In this document: piece after piece, positions 8,163-16,538 of the stretch
Numbering within the stretch: the first letter of the stretch is position 1
Layout: every line of letters starts with the position of its first letter
Origin: Candidatus Hydrogenedentota bacterium
Lineage (GTDB): Bacteria > Hydrogenedentota > Hydrogenedentia > Hydrogenedentales > SLHB01
Direction of reading: 5' to 3'
Assembly (NCBI GenBank): GCA_029974275.1
Contig: JARKSN010000137.1
Span: forward strand, 1-28,662
Length of the DNA: 28,662 bases
Made by a program: the position numbers and the translations under genes
Notes under the pieces: model-generated
What the model was told of the DNA's origin: nothing
The model's input: the letters and a program-made list of their open reading frames with translations, nothing else
Database searches by the model: none

Positions 8163-8694
8163 TCCACGGATCGGTCTTGACGCGGCGTTGCGGAAGAACG
8201 GCGCCGGGATCACGCTCATTGAATTGATCCTGGTGATGGCGGTGCTGGCGACGGTGATGGCGGTGGCGGCGCCTCGATTTTCCGGCTTCGCGTCGGGCCG
8301 GCGATATGATGCCGAGTGGAATCGCTTTGTGGCGTCGGTTCGTTATGCGCGCAACGAGGCCGTGTCACGATCGGCCCCGGTGGAGATACGGTTCCGTCCT
8401 GACGGAGCCGGGTACCATCTGTCGGGCGGCTTTGGGTTCGCTTCGCCCGCGACAATAGTCACCGATCATGTGCTCCCGGCGGAAATGGCCTTTGAGTTTC
8501 CGGGAAACGCCTTGTTCCGGCAGGGAGCCGTTTCCGTGTTTTTCGGCGCGAACGGCACGGTGGACGAGGAGAGTCCGCAGGAAATCCGTCTGGTGGAGCG
8601 GCAAGGCGGGTTTTCGCGATCGATGTTGCGCGATCCGATGCTGGGGTATGTCGTTTCCCGGGGAGGCATGGATGAACGACCCCGGACGCCATAG
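8146..8694 (+). CDS. gspH: Minor pseudopilin GspH/FimT-like
   Basis: G|ITLIELILVMAVLA and RYARNEAVSR. Follows gspG; start reassigned to ATG 8146. Confidence 0.8.
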   Translation: MTSRISPRIGLDAALRKNGAGITLIELILVMAVLATVMAVAAPRFSGFASGRRYDAEWNRFVASVRYARNEAVSRSAPVEIRFRPDGAGYHLSGGFGFASPATIVTDHVLPAEMAFEFPGNALFRQGAVSVFFGANGTVDEESPQEIRLVERQGGFSRSMLRDPMLGYVVSRGGMDERPRTP

Positions 8695-9082
8695 ACGCGG
8701 GAAATCATCCGGAGGCTTCACGCTGGTGGAGGTTCTTGCGGCGATGTTGTTCATGGCGATTGTGATACCGGTGGCTGTGGAGGGGATCGCCATCGCCGGA
8801 CGCGCGGGCGTAGCGGCCGAACGACGGCGCGAGGCGGCACAGTTGGGCGATGCCCTTTTGACGCAGAAGGTGGTGACGGGCGAGTGGCAGGATGGCGCCC
8901 AGGCGGGCGATTTCGGAGCGGATCATCCCGGGTTTCGGTGGGAATTGACCACAACGGACTGGGATCAGGACGCGATGTGCGTGGTTAGCGTCGAAGTGAT
9001 GTTCACGGTGCAGGGGCGTTCGTATTCCGAACGCCTTGACACGCTGGTTTCGGAAAACGCCTTCGCGGTCTCGATGCCATGA
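8672..9082 (+). CDS. gspI: Minor pseudopilin GspI-like
   Basis: G|FTLVEVLAAMLFMAI and GDFGADHPGFRWE. GGAGG lies upstream of ATG 8672, and the gene order fits. Confidence 0.8.
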   Translation: MNDPGRHRRGKSSGGFTLVEVLAAMLFMAIVIPVAVEGIAIAGRAGVAAERRREAAQLGDALLTQKVVTGEWQDGAQAGDFGADHPGFRWELTTTDWDQDAMCVVSVEVMFTVQGRSYSERLDTLVSENAFAVSMP

Positions 9083-9762
9083 AACGGCTTTCTCGCGATA
9101 TGCCATCGAGCGGATTCACGCTGCTGGAGCTTTTGCTGGGGACCGTCATCTCGGCGGTTCTGCTTGCCGCCTTGTACGGGGTTTATCATGGGGCGTTGAG
9201 CAGTCAAAGCCGTGCGTATGCGGTTCTGGAAGAAGCGGCCCCCCGAGGATACGCCGTGGACATCATCCGGAGGGACCTGCAAAACATGGCTCCTCCGGGC
9301 GGCTTGTTGAGCGGCCATCTCCTGGGCCAGCCGCAGAACGAGGCGACCTACCGCCGGGACGCGCTTGAGTTGTATGCAACCACGGGGCGCCTGAGCGAGG
9401 CGGCTCCATGGGGAGAGATTCAAAGAATCGCCTACGCCTTGGAGAAAATCGATGATCGGTCCGATGCGTTTCGGCTTGTGCGCACGGTGACGCGCAACCT
9501 TCTCCCCGCGGCTCTTGAGGACTCGGGAGAGCCCACGGCGCTGATCGAAGGAGTGAACTCGTTCGAGGTTCAGTATTTCGACGGCCTGGCGTGGATCGAT
9601 TCTTGGGACTCGACGGCGATGGATAATGCACTTCCTCTTGCGGTCCGCGTGCGGATTGGATTCGAACCGATCCGCGCCACGGGTGCGGTCCCTCGCCCGA
9701 TCGAGATCGCCTGCGAAGCGCTTGCTCAGCGTCCGGCGCCGAGCGCCGGTTCGGGGTCATAG
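9079..9762 (+). CDS. gspJ: Minor pseudopilin GspJ
   Basis: G|FTLLELLLGTVI, IRRDLQN, and FEVQYFDGLAWIDSWDS...LPLAVRVRI. Confidence 0.88.
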   Translation: MKRLSRDMPSSGFTLLELLLGTVISAVLLAALYGVYHGALSSQSRAYAVLEEAAPRGYAVDIIRRDLQNMAPPGGLLSGHLLGQPQNEATYRRDALELYATTGRLSEAAPWGEIQRIAYALEKIDDRSDAFRLVRTVTRNLLPAALEDSGEPTALIEGVNSFEVQYFDGLAWIDSWDSTAMDNALPLAVRVRIGFEPIRATGAVPRPIEIACEALAQRPAPSAGSGS

Positions 9763-9763
9763 C

Positions 9764-11161
9764 ATGAACGCAGCGCCTCCCCCGCTCTCCCAACGGCTTC
9801 GCCCCGGCGGCGCGCGCCGCTCGCGTCAAGGAATGGCGTTGATCGTAGTGATATGGATAGCGCTTGGCCTGGTGGCCGTGGCGTTGCTGTTCGGCGATGG
9901 CATGCGGATGGAGTACCGGGCCGCAGCCAACAGCGCCGCCGCCATCGAGGCGGGACAGACCCTCGAAGGCGCCCACCGCTATCTCGCGTTTGTCTTGGGC
10001 AACACGACCTCGCCTGGCGTCTTTCCGGATGCCGCCTCGTGTCTGACCGAGAACGTTCCCGTCGGAGAGGCTTCACTCTGGGTCATTGGGCGAACGGACC
10101 AAGACATTGTCCTTCTTGACCTTCCGCATTTCGGATGGGTCGATGAGGCGTCGAAGCTGAATCTGAACACAGCGACGCGAGAAATGCTCGAGGCGTTGCC
10201 GGACATGCCGCCCGATCTCGCCGCCGCCATTGTGGATTGGCGCGATCCGGATGACGATCCGGAACCCAATGGGGCCGAGTCGAATGCGTATCACGGAAGC
10301 GAGCTAAGTCATGCCTGCAAGAATGCGCCGTTCGAGAGCGTCGAGGAACTGCGTTGGGTCAGGGGAGCCACGTTGGCCCTTCTCTGGGGGGAGGACACGA
10401 ACCTAAACGGCATGCTTGATCCGAATGAGAACGATGGGAACGCCTCGTTTCCTGACGACAATGCCGACGGCAAGCTCCGGCGCGCCTTGACGGATTTTGT
10501 GACGGTGTTCAGCGAGGAGCCGAACACGCGCCCGGACGGATCTCCCCGCATCGATGTGCGGCGCTGGCAACGGCGGGAGATGAGCGAATGGCTGGAACAA
10601 TCCGTCGGCGCGGAGAGAGGCGCCCAGATTACGAATGCGATCCAGCAAGCAGGGGGACGCATCGAGAGCGTGCTCGAGTTCTACCTGACGGGCGGAGTTA
10701 CGGCGGACGAGGCAGCTAAGCTCGACGATTCCTTGACCGCCCACGATGGTCCCGTGGTGCAGGGACGCGTGAATGTGAACACCGCTCCGCGCGAGGTGTT
10801 GCGGTGTCTCCCTGGAATTGGCGACCGATACGCCGATGCGTTGGTGACGTTTCGCCAAACCAAGACCGCCGATCAATTGGCCTCGCCGTTGTGGCTTCGC
10901 GATGTTGTGGACCCCGCGAGCGCCGCGTTGGCAGGGCCGTACATCACTACGCGATCTTACCGGATTTCCGCCGACATAGCGGCGGTTGCCGCCCATGGAC
11001 GCGCGATCCGCCGTTCCTGGATGGTGTTCGACACGAGCCGTGGACAACCGATAGTCTTGTACCGTTCCGATCGAACGCATGCCGGATGGCCGTTGGGAAT
11101 GGGCGTGCGCAACGCATCCGCGTCGATGTCGATCCGGAAAGCATGGGAGGGCATCTTGTGA
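9764..11161 (+). CDS. gspK: Minor pseudopilin GspK
   Basis: G|MALIVVIW (no E5, typical of GspK), DEASKLNLN, AIVDWRDPD, KNAPFESVEELRWVRG, RVNVNTAPREVL, LPGIG. Start reassigned to ATG 9764. Confidence 0.9.
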   Translation: MNAAPPPLSQRLRPGGARRSRQGMALIVVIWIALGLVAVALLFGDGMRMEYRAAANSAAAIEAGQTLEGAHRYLAFVLGNTTSPGVFPDAASCLTENVPVGEASLWVIGRTDQDIVLLDLPHFGWVDEASKLNLNTATREMLEALPDMPPDLAAAIVDWRDPDDDPEPNGAESNAYHGSELSHACKNAPFESVEELRWVRGATLALLWGEDTNLNGMLDPNENDGNASFPDDNADGKLRRALTDFVTVFSEEPNTRPDGSPRIDVRRWQRREMSEWLEQSVGAERGAQITNAIQQAGGRIESVLEFYLTGGVTADEAAKLDDSLTAHDGPVVQGRVNVNTAPREVLRCLPGIGDRYADALVTFRQTKTADQLASPLWLRDVVDPASAALAGPYITTRSYRISADIAAVAAHGRAIRRSWMVFDTSRGQPIVLYRSDRTHAGWPLGMGVRNASASMSIRKAWEGIL

Positions 11162-12576
11162 TATTTCCGCGGCTGAATATCCCGCAACGCGGCGCCATCC
11201 TTGTCTTTTCTCTCGGGCCCGACGCGGTCGAGGCTATCCGCGCGCATCGCCGGGATAAGAGCGCTTCTGTCTCCCAGCCGTTTCGCTTTCCTCTTCCCGC
11301 CGCTGCGTTCAAAGACGAACCCGTGCAGACGGGGATCGCGTTGCTGCGTCATCTGCATGAGGCAGGAGTCTCCTCGCGACAGTGCATCGTATGCATTCCG
11401 TTGAACTGGAGCTTTTCTGCAATCGTGGATTTTCCCAGCCTTTCCGAAAGCGATCTCGAGGGCTTCATGACCTTTGAGGCAGAGCGGCGCTTCCCACTTC
11501 CCCCGCATGAATTGACGTTGCGCCTGTTGCGTCCGCGCACCGAAGAGAGCGGGCAGCGCGCTTTGTTGCTGGGGGTTCCATCCCATTATTTGTCTAACGT
11601 GGAGGCGGCTCTCAGGGCTGCGAGGCTGCAGCCGAAGGCCATTACGTTCGCCGTGTCGGCGCTCGCTGAGGAGCACGCAGGGACCGCCTGCGCCGTGCTC
11701 CGGGCTGACCCGGGAATCGTGGATTTGGCTGTCGTGGATCATTGCGGCGCACTGGCGCTCCGCAATGTGATCTGGTCGGAATCCGCTTCCGATCCGCCCA
11801 CCGTTGCGGAGGCCCATGAGATAGCCCGGCAACTGCGCATCACCCTATCCTCGCTCGCGCCCGCGCAGCGAGACGAGATCAAAACGGTCGTCGCGCATGG
11901 CGGGAGAGACTGGCCGTCCGAGTTCCAGGATGCTCTCGCACATGCTTTTGCCGCGCAAGGGTTGATGACGAACCGTGGAACCGTTTCTCCCGAAATCATT
12001 GGCGCGGACGTTTCTCCTGCCCTGCTTGCCACGGCAATGCGTCATGGGCGCGGCGAACCGTGTGCCGTCAATCTTATGTCGCGCCGAAAAGGACGCCTCC
12101 AATCGTATGCGCGTTGGTCGTCTCGGAATTTTCGCCGGGCGGCGGCGGCCCTGGCATTGATCGCCGTCCTTGTAGCAGCGGGGTATTGGCGGCAGGGACG
12201 CCGCCTGGCGGAGCTTGAGAAAGCCTGGGCCGCCATCGGCCCGCGGGTAGAGTCGGTGAAAATGTTGCAGGATCGGGTTCGCCTGTACCGTTCCTGGTAC
12301 GACGAGGCGATCCCCAGCCTATCCATTGCCCATGGTCTCGCGTCCGCTTTTCCAGAGGAGGGATCTGTCTGGGTGAAATCATTGAGCATTAAGGATGGGG
12401 CGATCGCGACTTGCTCGGGTAGCGCCCGCAGTCGCAGCGAGTGGATGCAAGTGATGGAGAAATTGGGAAAGGACGGCGCGTTGGATGATTTGCAGGTGGT
12501 TCAAACGCGCGGCGACGCACCGCTTGGATTCACGTTGACATTCCACTGGAAAGGAAAAGACGCCAGTGGCTCCTGA
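11158..12576 (+). CDS. GspL-like / PilM-PilN-like assembly platform protein
   Basis: GTG overlaps the gspK stop. A long cytoplasmic region (FEAERRFPLP, ALRAARLQP) is followed by VNL, one TM helix, a coiled coil and the PilN-like FPEEGSVWVKSLSI...SGSARS. Confidence 0.7.
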   Translation: MIFPRLNIPQRGAILVFSLGPDAVEAIRAHRRDKSASVSQPFRFPLPAAAFKDEPVQTGIALLRHLHEAGVSSRQCIVCIPLNWSFSAIVDFPSLSESDLEGFMTFEAERRFPLPPHELTLRLLRPRTEESGQRALLLGVPSHYLSNVEAALRAARLQPKAITFAVSALAEEHAGTACAVLRADPGIVDLAVVDHCGALALRNVIWSESASDPPTVAEAHEIARQLRITLSSLAPAQRDEIKTVVAHGGRDWPSEFQDALAHAFAAQGLMTNRGTVSPEIIGADVSPALLATAMRHGRGEPCAVNLMSRRKGRLQSYARWSSRNFRRAAAALALIAVLVAAGYWRQGRRLAELEKAWAAIGPRVESVKMLQDRVRLYRSWYDEAIPSLSIAHGLASAFPEEGSVWVKSLSIKDGAIATCSGSARSRSEWMQVMEKLGKDGALDDLQVVQTRGDAPLGFTLTFHWKGKDASGS

Positions 12577-13099
12577 ACGCAGGAAACAGCTTTTGCTTGC
12601 CGTCGCCTTGATGTGCATGGGGGCGTTTGCGTTCGATCGGCTGGCGCTAACTCCCGGCCTTGTCGTGTGGAACGAGCGTTCGGCCCGAATTCTGGAGCTT
12701 GAAAAGAACATTGCCGAAAGCGACGGGCTTTTGCAGAGAGAAACCGCGTTGAAAGAACGGTGGGAAAGCATGAAGGAGCGCTCCCTGCCTGCCCGGGTTT
12801 CCGACGCCGAATCGACGGTGTTGCAATCCGTCGGCCGTTGGGCGGGCGACAGCGGCCTGAGCGTGACTTCCTTGAAGCCTCGGTGGAACCGGCTGGGGCC
12901 GATGGCCCAGACTTTGGAGTTTCAGTTGGAGGGCAGCGGCAACATGGAGTCGGTGGCGAAGTTTCTCTATGCTTTGGAAACGGATCCCCTGCCGCTTAAG
13001 GTGGAGGACATGTTGATTTCAGCGCAAGATGATCAAGGAGACCGGCTGGTTCTGAGCGCTCGTTTCTCAGCTCTTGTCCTTGAGGAGACGTCGCCATGA
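12566..13099 (+). CDS. GspM/PilO-like protein
   Basis: N-terminal TM helix, coiled coil and a ferredoxin-like C-domain (SGLSVTSLKP...LEGSGNMESVAKFLYALE..PLPLKVE). Confidence 0.75.
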   Translation: MAPERRKQLLLAVALMCMGAFAFDRLALTPGLVVWNERSARILELEKNIAESDGLLQRETALKERWESMKERSLPARVSDAESTVLQSVGRWAGDSGLSVTSLKPRWNRLGPMAQTLEFQLEGSGNMESVAKFLYALETDPLPLKVEDMLISAQDDQGDRLVLSARFSALVLEETSP

Positions 13100-13740
13100 C
13101 GCGAACGTTTGTCGTAAGAAGCATGGGCTTCCTGCTGCTGTTCGTCGCGATCGGATGGGCCTGTGCGGAATCTCCCGTTTTGCCGGAAGCGACGGAGGAA
13201 ACGGCAGGGGCGGCGGAAAGCGGCGCGTCCGACGCTTCTGGTTTTGACGCGTTTCGCCTTCTTCTCGAACGAAACATCTTTAACGCGAAGCGAACGAGCC
13301 GTCCGGCAAGCGAGGCGAAGTCCGCTGCGCCTCCCTCCCCAAAGCAGAGGGTGCGTCTCATGGGCGTTTGTCTGGACGCCAATCGCCGCGTCGCGCTTTT
13401 TGAGGAAAGCGACGACGTCTCCCCCATCGCCATCGAATTGGGCGGTTTCATAGCGGGGCATCGCATCCAGGAAATCCGCGTAGACGCCGTGGTGATGGCA
13501 AGCGAGGCCGCGACCGTGGAACTTTCGGTGGGGGCAGGGCTAAGCCAAGACAAGGACGGCCATTGGGCGGTCGTGGAAGCGTCCGCCATACAACGTTCTG
13601 GCGCCGTATCGCCGGGCGCGAAGCCGAAATCCGATCCGGAAAATGCCGCCGCCGAGACGCCGCGCGGCGCGTCCGAAAAAGCCGTTTCCGATCCCGCGGA
13701 AAAACTGCGCGAACGCAGAAGAAGGGAGCTTGGATCATGA
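13096..13740 (+). CDS. GspC/PilP-like protein (HR domain, no PDZ)
   Basis: N-terminal hydrophobic segment, ERNIF, and VRLMGV...VALF...GGFIAGHRIQEIRVDAVVM. It lies directly before the secretin genes. Confidence 0.6.
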   Translation: MTRTFVVRSMGFLLLFVAIGWACAESPVLPEATEETAGAAESGASDASGFDAFRLLLERNIFNAKRTSRPASEAKSAAPPSPKQRVRLMGVCLDANRRVALFEESDDVSPIAIELGGFIAGHRIQEIRVDAVVMASEAATVELSVGAGLSQDKDGHWAVVEASAIQRSGAVSPGAKPKSDPENAAAETPRGASEKAVSDPAEKLRERRRRELGS

Positions 13741-15215
13741 AAAAGGATCGCATCAAAACCGCTTTGATCACTGCGGTTTGTTTGGCGTGTCTGGGTTTTC
13801 CGCCAATGGCCGGCGGGGAGCCTCAAATAGAGGCCGCACAAGAGCGCGCCGCGATCGTGTCCAGCCCTGTCCAGGAAAAAGAGCCGTTTGACGAGGCGCT
13901 ACGCTTCAATTTCAACGATGTTCCGTTGGATACGGTGCTTGACTATTTGAGTCAGGCGGCGGGCTTCGTCATCCTTCGCGAGGTTCAGGTCGAAGGGCGC
14001 GTAAGCGTCGTGAGTCATCAGCCCCTCACCAAAGACGAAGCCGTGGAATTGCTGAACACGGTCTTGAACGAAAAAGGTTTCACGGCCATTCGCAGTGATC
14101 GCACGCTGACCATCGTGAAAAGCGAAGACGCCGGAAAGCGGAACATCCCTGTTCGGACCGGAAATGTTCCCGAGGCCATTCCCGCCTCAGGTCAGATGGT
14201 CACCCAGATCATTCCCGTGCGCTATGCAGACGCCAGCCAGCTTCTGGACAATCTGGCCCCTCTCCTGCCGTCGTATGCGGTCGCCAACGCCAACAAAAGC
14301 AGCAACGCCATCGTTCTCACGGACACGCAGGCCAACGTCAAGCGCATGACGGAGATCGTCCGCGCTTTGGATACGTCGATATCGGCGATTTCCGAGATCA
14401 AGGTCTTCACGCTCACCTACTCGAAAGCGGCCGACGCCGCCAAGCTGCTGAACACGCTCTTCCAGCCTCCATCGTCGCAGCAAGGGGCCAACGCCGCCAG
14501 TCCCATGAACCAATTTTTTCAGCGCATGCGCGGCGGGGGCGGGGGCAATCCCCCTCAGGAGCCATCGGACAGCGCCGCCAAGCAGGCTATCTCACGGGTC
14601 CAGGCCGTGGCTGACGAACGGACGAATTCGGTGGTGGTGACCGCTCCTGGCGAATTGATGCCACTTATCGGCGAAGTCATTGAACAAACCGACAAGTTCA
14701 CCATGCCGAGCACGGAAATCCGCGTCTTCGCGCTCCAATACGCGGACGCGGAGGAAATGGCGCAAGTGGTCAACGACTCATTCGAGCAGACCGGCGCAAC
14801 GTCGGCAACGAGCGGCGCGCAGCAGACGCCGCGCATGTTTGGAGGGACCCGCGGCGGGCAGAATGGGGGCGGGCAGACCCCGCAGGCAACAGTCAACGAT
14901 GCGGTGCGCGCCGTGGCGGATTTCCGGACCAACTCGGTGGTGGTGACCGCGGAGTCGACCCTGATGGATCAGATCGCCAGGGTGATTGAACGGCTCGACA
15001 GCAATCCCGCTCGCGAACAGAAAGTGTTCATCTACAAAATCACGAACGCCGATCCCGAGCAGGTGGCCAATATCATGCAAGGCATGTTTTCTCAGTCGCG
15101 CAGCGCGTCTTCAACCCGTCCCGCTCAGGAATCGACGCGGACGACAACAGGACAGAGCGGCGCCAACGATGCCCAATCATCAAGAACGCGCTCGACGTCG
15201 ACTCGAAGTCAATAA
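13737..15215 (+). CDS. Secretin N-terminal subunit (N0 plus NolW-like repeats, no beta-barrel domain)
   Basis: ATG 13737 overlaps the upstream stop, and a signal peptide follows. N0 reads LRFNFNDVPLDTVLDYLS...GRVSV. Repeats begin TQIIPVRYADA, IKVFTLTYSKA, IRVFALQYADA and KVFIYKITNADP. The protein ends in an S/T-rich tail at TAA. Confidence 0.85.
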   Translation: MKKDRIKTALITAVCLACLGFPPMAGGEPQIEAAQERAAIVSSPVQEKEPFDEALRFNFNDVPLDTVLDYLSQAAGFVILREVQVEGRVSVVSHQPLTKDEAVELLNTVLNEKGFTAIRSDRTLTIVKSEDAGKRNIPVRTGNVPEAIPASGQMVTQIIPVRYADASQLLDNLAPLLPSYAVANANKSSNAIVLTDTQANVKRMTEIVRALDTSISAISEIKVFTLTYSKAADAAKLLNTLFQPPSSQQGANAASPMNQFFQRMRGGGGGNPPQEPSDSAAKQAISRVQAVADERTNSVVVTAPGELMPLIGEVIEQTDKFTMPSTEIRVFALQYADAEEMAQVVNDSFEQTGATSATSGAQQTPRMFGGTRGGQNGGGQTPQATVNDAVRAVADFRTNSVVVTAESTLMDQIARVIERLDSNPAREQKVFIYKITNADPEQVANIMQGMFSQSRSASSTRPAQESTRTTTGQSGANDAQSSRTRSTSTRSQ

Positions 15216-15258
15216 TGCGGATTGTCGCCTGGAACGGCGCGGCGGGAGGATATCGAAC

Positions 15259-16497
15259 ATGCGTATGGACATGCGGTGGATGCAAGCGGCGATCTTGGCG
15301 ATCCTCGCCCTTTGGAGCGTTGAAAATGCGACGGCGCAGGCGCGCGCGGCGCAACGGCAGACCGGTTCTACGTCCCAAAGTCAGAAGGCCGGTCTTCGGG
15401 GGGACGCCCTCATCCAATACGACGAGAACACCGGATCGCTCATCATTGTGACCGATGAAGAGACGAACGCCGAGATAGCCAAAGTCGTGGAGAGTCTTGA
15501 CAAGCCCGTGCCGCAAGTTTTGATCAAGGTTCTGTTCCTTGAAGTGACCCACAACAATGATCTTGATTTGGGTCTAGATGGATTGATTACCGAGGAAAGG
15601 AGACGGCCTTTCAGCACGCAAGTGAATTCGGACACGGTGCAAACCCTTTTCGGCGTCGCGGGCGAGACCAGCGGCGGCTTCTACCGCATTATCCGGGACG
15701 ACGTGAACGTGACGTTGCGCGCGTTGGCGCAGGTGTCCAAGCTCGAAGTGCTGTCGCGTCCATCGATTTTGACGCGCAACAATAAGTCCGCCGTCATTAC
15801 CGTGGGACAGGAAGTTCCCTTCATCACCAACAGCCGGATCACCCAGGACGGACAAACCCTCAACACCGTTCAGTACAGGGATATCGGCATCATCCTCCAA
15901 GTTACGCCGCACATTTCGGAGGATGGCCTCGTTGCCATGGACGTCACGCCGGAAATCTCCGCGCTCACCGGCCAAACCGTCCCCATCTCTGAAAATGTGA
16001 ACGCCCCCGTCTTCGCAAAGCGATCGGCCACCACATCGGTGGTGGTGCCCGACGGCAACACCGTCGTTATCGGCGGCTTGATGGAAGACAACAGCACCAA
16101 AAACGACAAGAAGGTGCCGCTTTTGGGGGACATTCCCGTGTTGGGCACAGCCTTTAGCCGGAAAATCAAATCAAAAAGCAAAACCGAGCTTCTCATTTTT
16201 CTGACGCCGCGCGTGGTTCAAGGCGCGAGCGATTTGACCAACATGACTACCACCGAAAAGGGCAAGGGCGTTCTCTCGCCCAAGGCATTCCCGGAAGAAC
16301 AACTCGACCGTTTTCTGGATAAGCCCAATGGCGAGACGCCCGCGTTGCCCGAAGGAATCCAACCCGTTTCCAACGCAGAACAACCAGCAGCCGATGTGGA
16401 AGCGACGGCGGAAACAAAGCCTGACGCGCCGGGGACCGAGGCGCCCCCGGACAAAAGTGCAAAAAAGAAAAAACGTTTCTTCAAATCGAAATCATAG
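15259..16497 (+). CDS. gspD: Secretin C-terminal subunit (GspD secretin core)
   Basis: RBS GGGAGGA and its own signal peptide (MRMDMRWMQAAILAILALWSVENATA|Q). Motifs include LDKPVPQVLIKVLFLEV, VLSRPSILTRNN, QYRDIGIILQVTPHI, TVVIGGLM, KVPLLGDIPVLG and KTELLIFLTPRVV. Confidence 0.9.
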   Translation: MRMDMRWMQAAILAILALWSVENATAQARAAQRQTGSTSQSQKAGLRGDALIQYDENTGSLIIVTDEETNAEIAKVVESLDKPVPQVLIKVLFLEVTHNNDLDLGLDGLITEERRRPFSTQVNSDTVQTLFGVAGETSGGFYRIIRDDVNVTLRALAQVSKLEVLSRPSILTRNNKSAVITVGQEVPFITNSRITQDGQTLNTVQYRDIGIILQVTPHISEDGLVAMDVTPEISALTGQTVPISENVNAPVFAKRSATTSVVVPDGNTVVIGGLMEDNSTKNDKKVPLLGDIPVLGTAFSRKIKSKSKTELLIFLTPRVVQGASDLTNMTTTEKGKGVLSPKAFPEEQLDRFLDKPNGETPALPEGIQPVSNAEQPAADVEATAETKPDAPGTEAPPDKSAKKKKRFFKSKS

Positions 16498-16502
16498 GAT
16501 TT

Positions 16503-16528
16503 TCCGGCGCACGCCGCACGGCGCCGGA
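16503..16528 (+). other. Intergenic GC-rich hairpin without T-tract
   Basis: tccggcgc-acgccgcacg-gcgccgga, between the secretin and kinase genes. Confidence 0.45.
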
Positions 16529-16538
16529 TCTAACGAAG

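Noticed and set aside
15180..15260. Secretin split as a frameshift pseudogene
   Set aside because: The second ORF has its own RBS and hydrophobic signal peptide, and the break is in a disordered loop. This is more consistent with a genuine two-gene arrangement, pending a read check.
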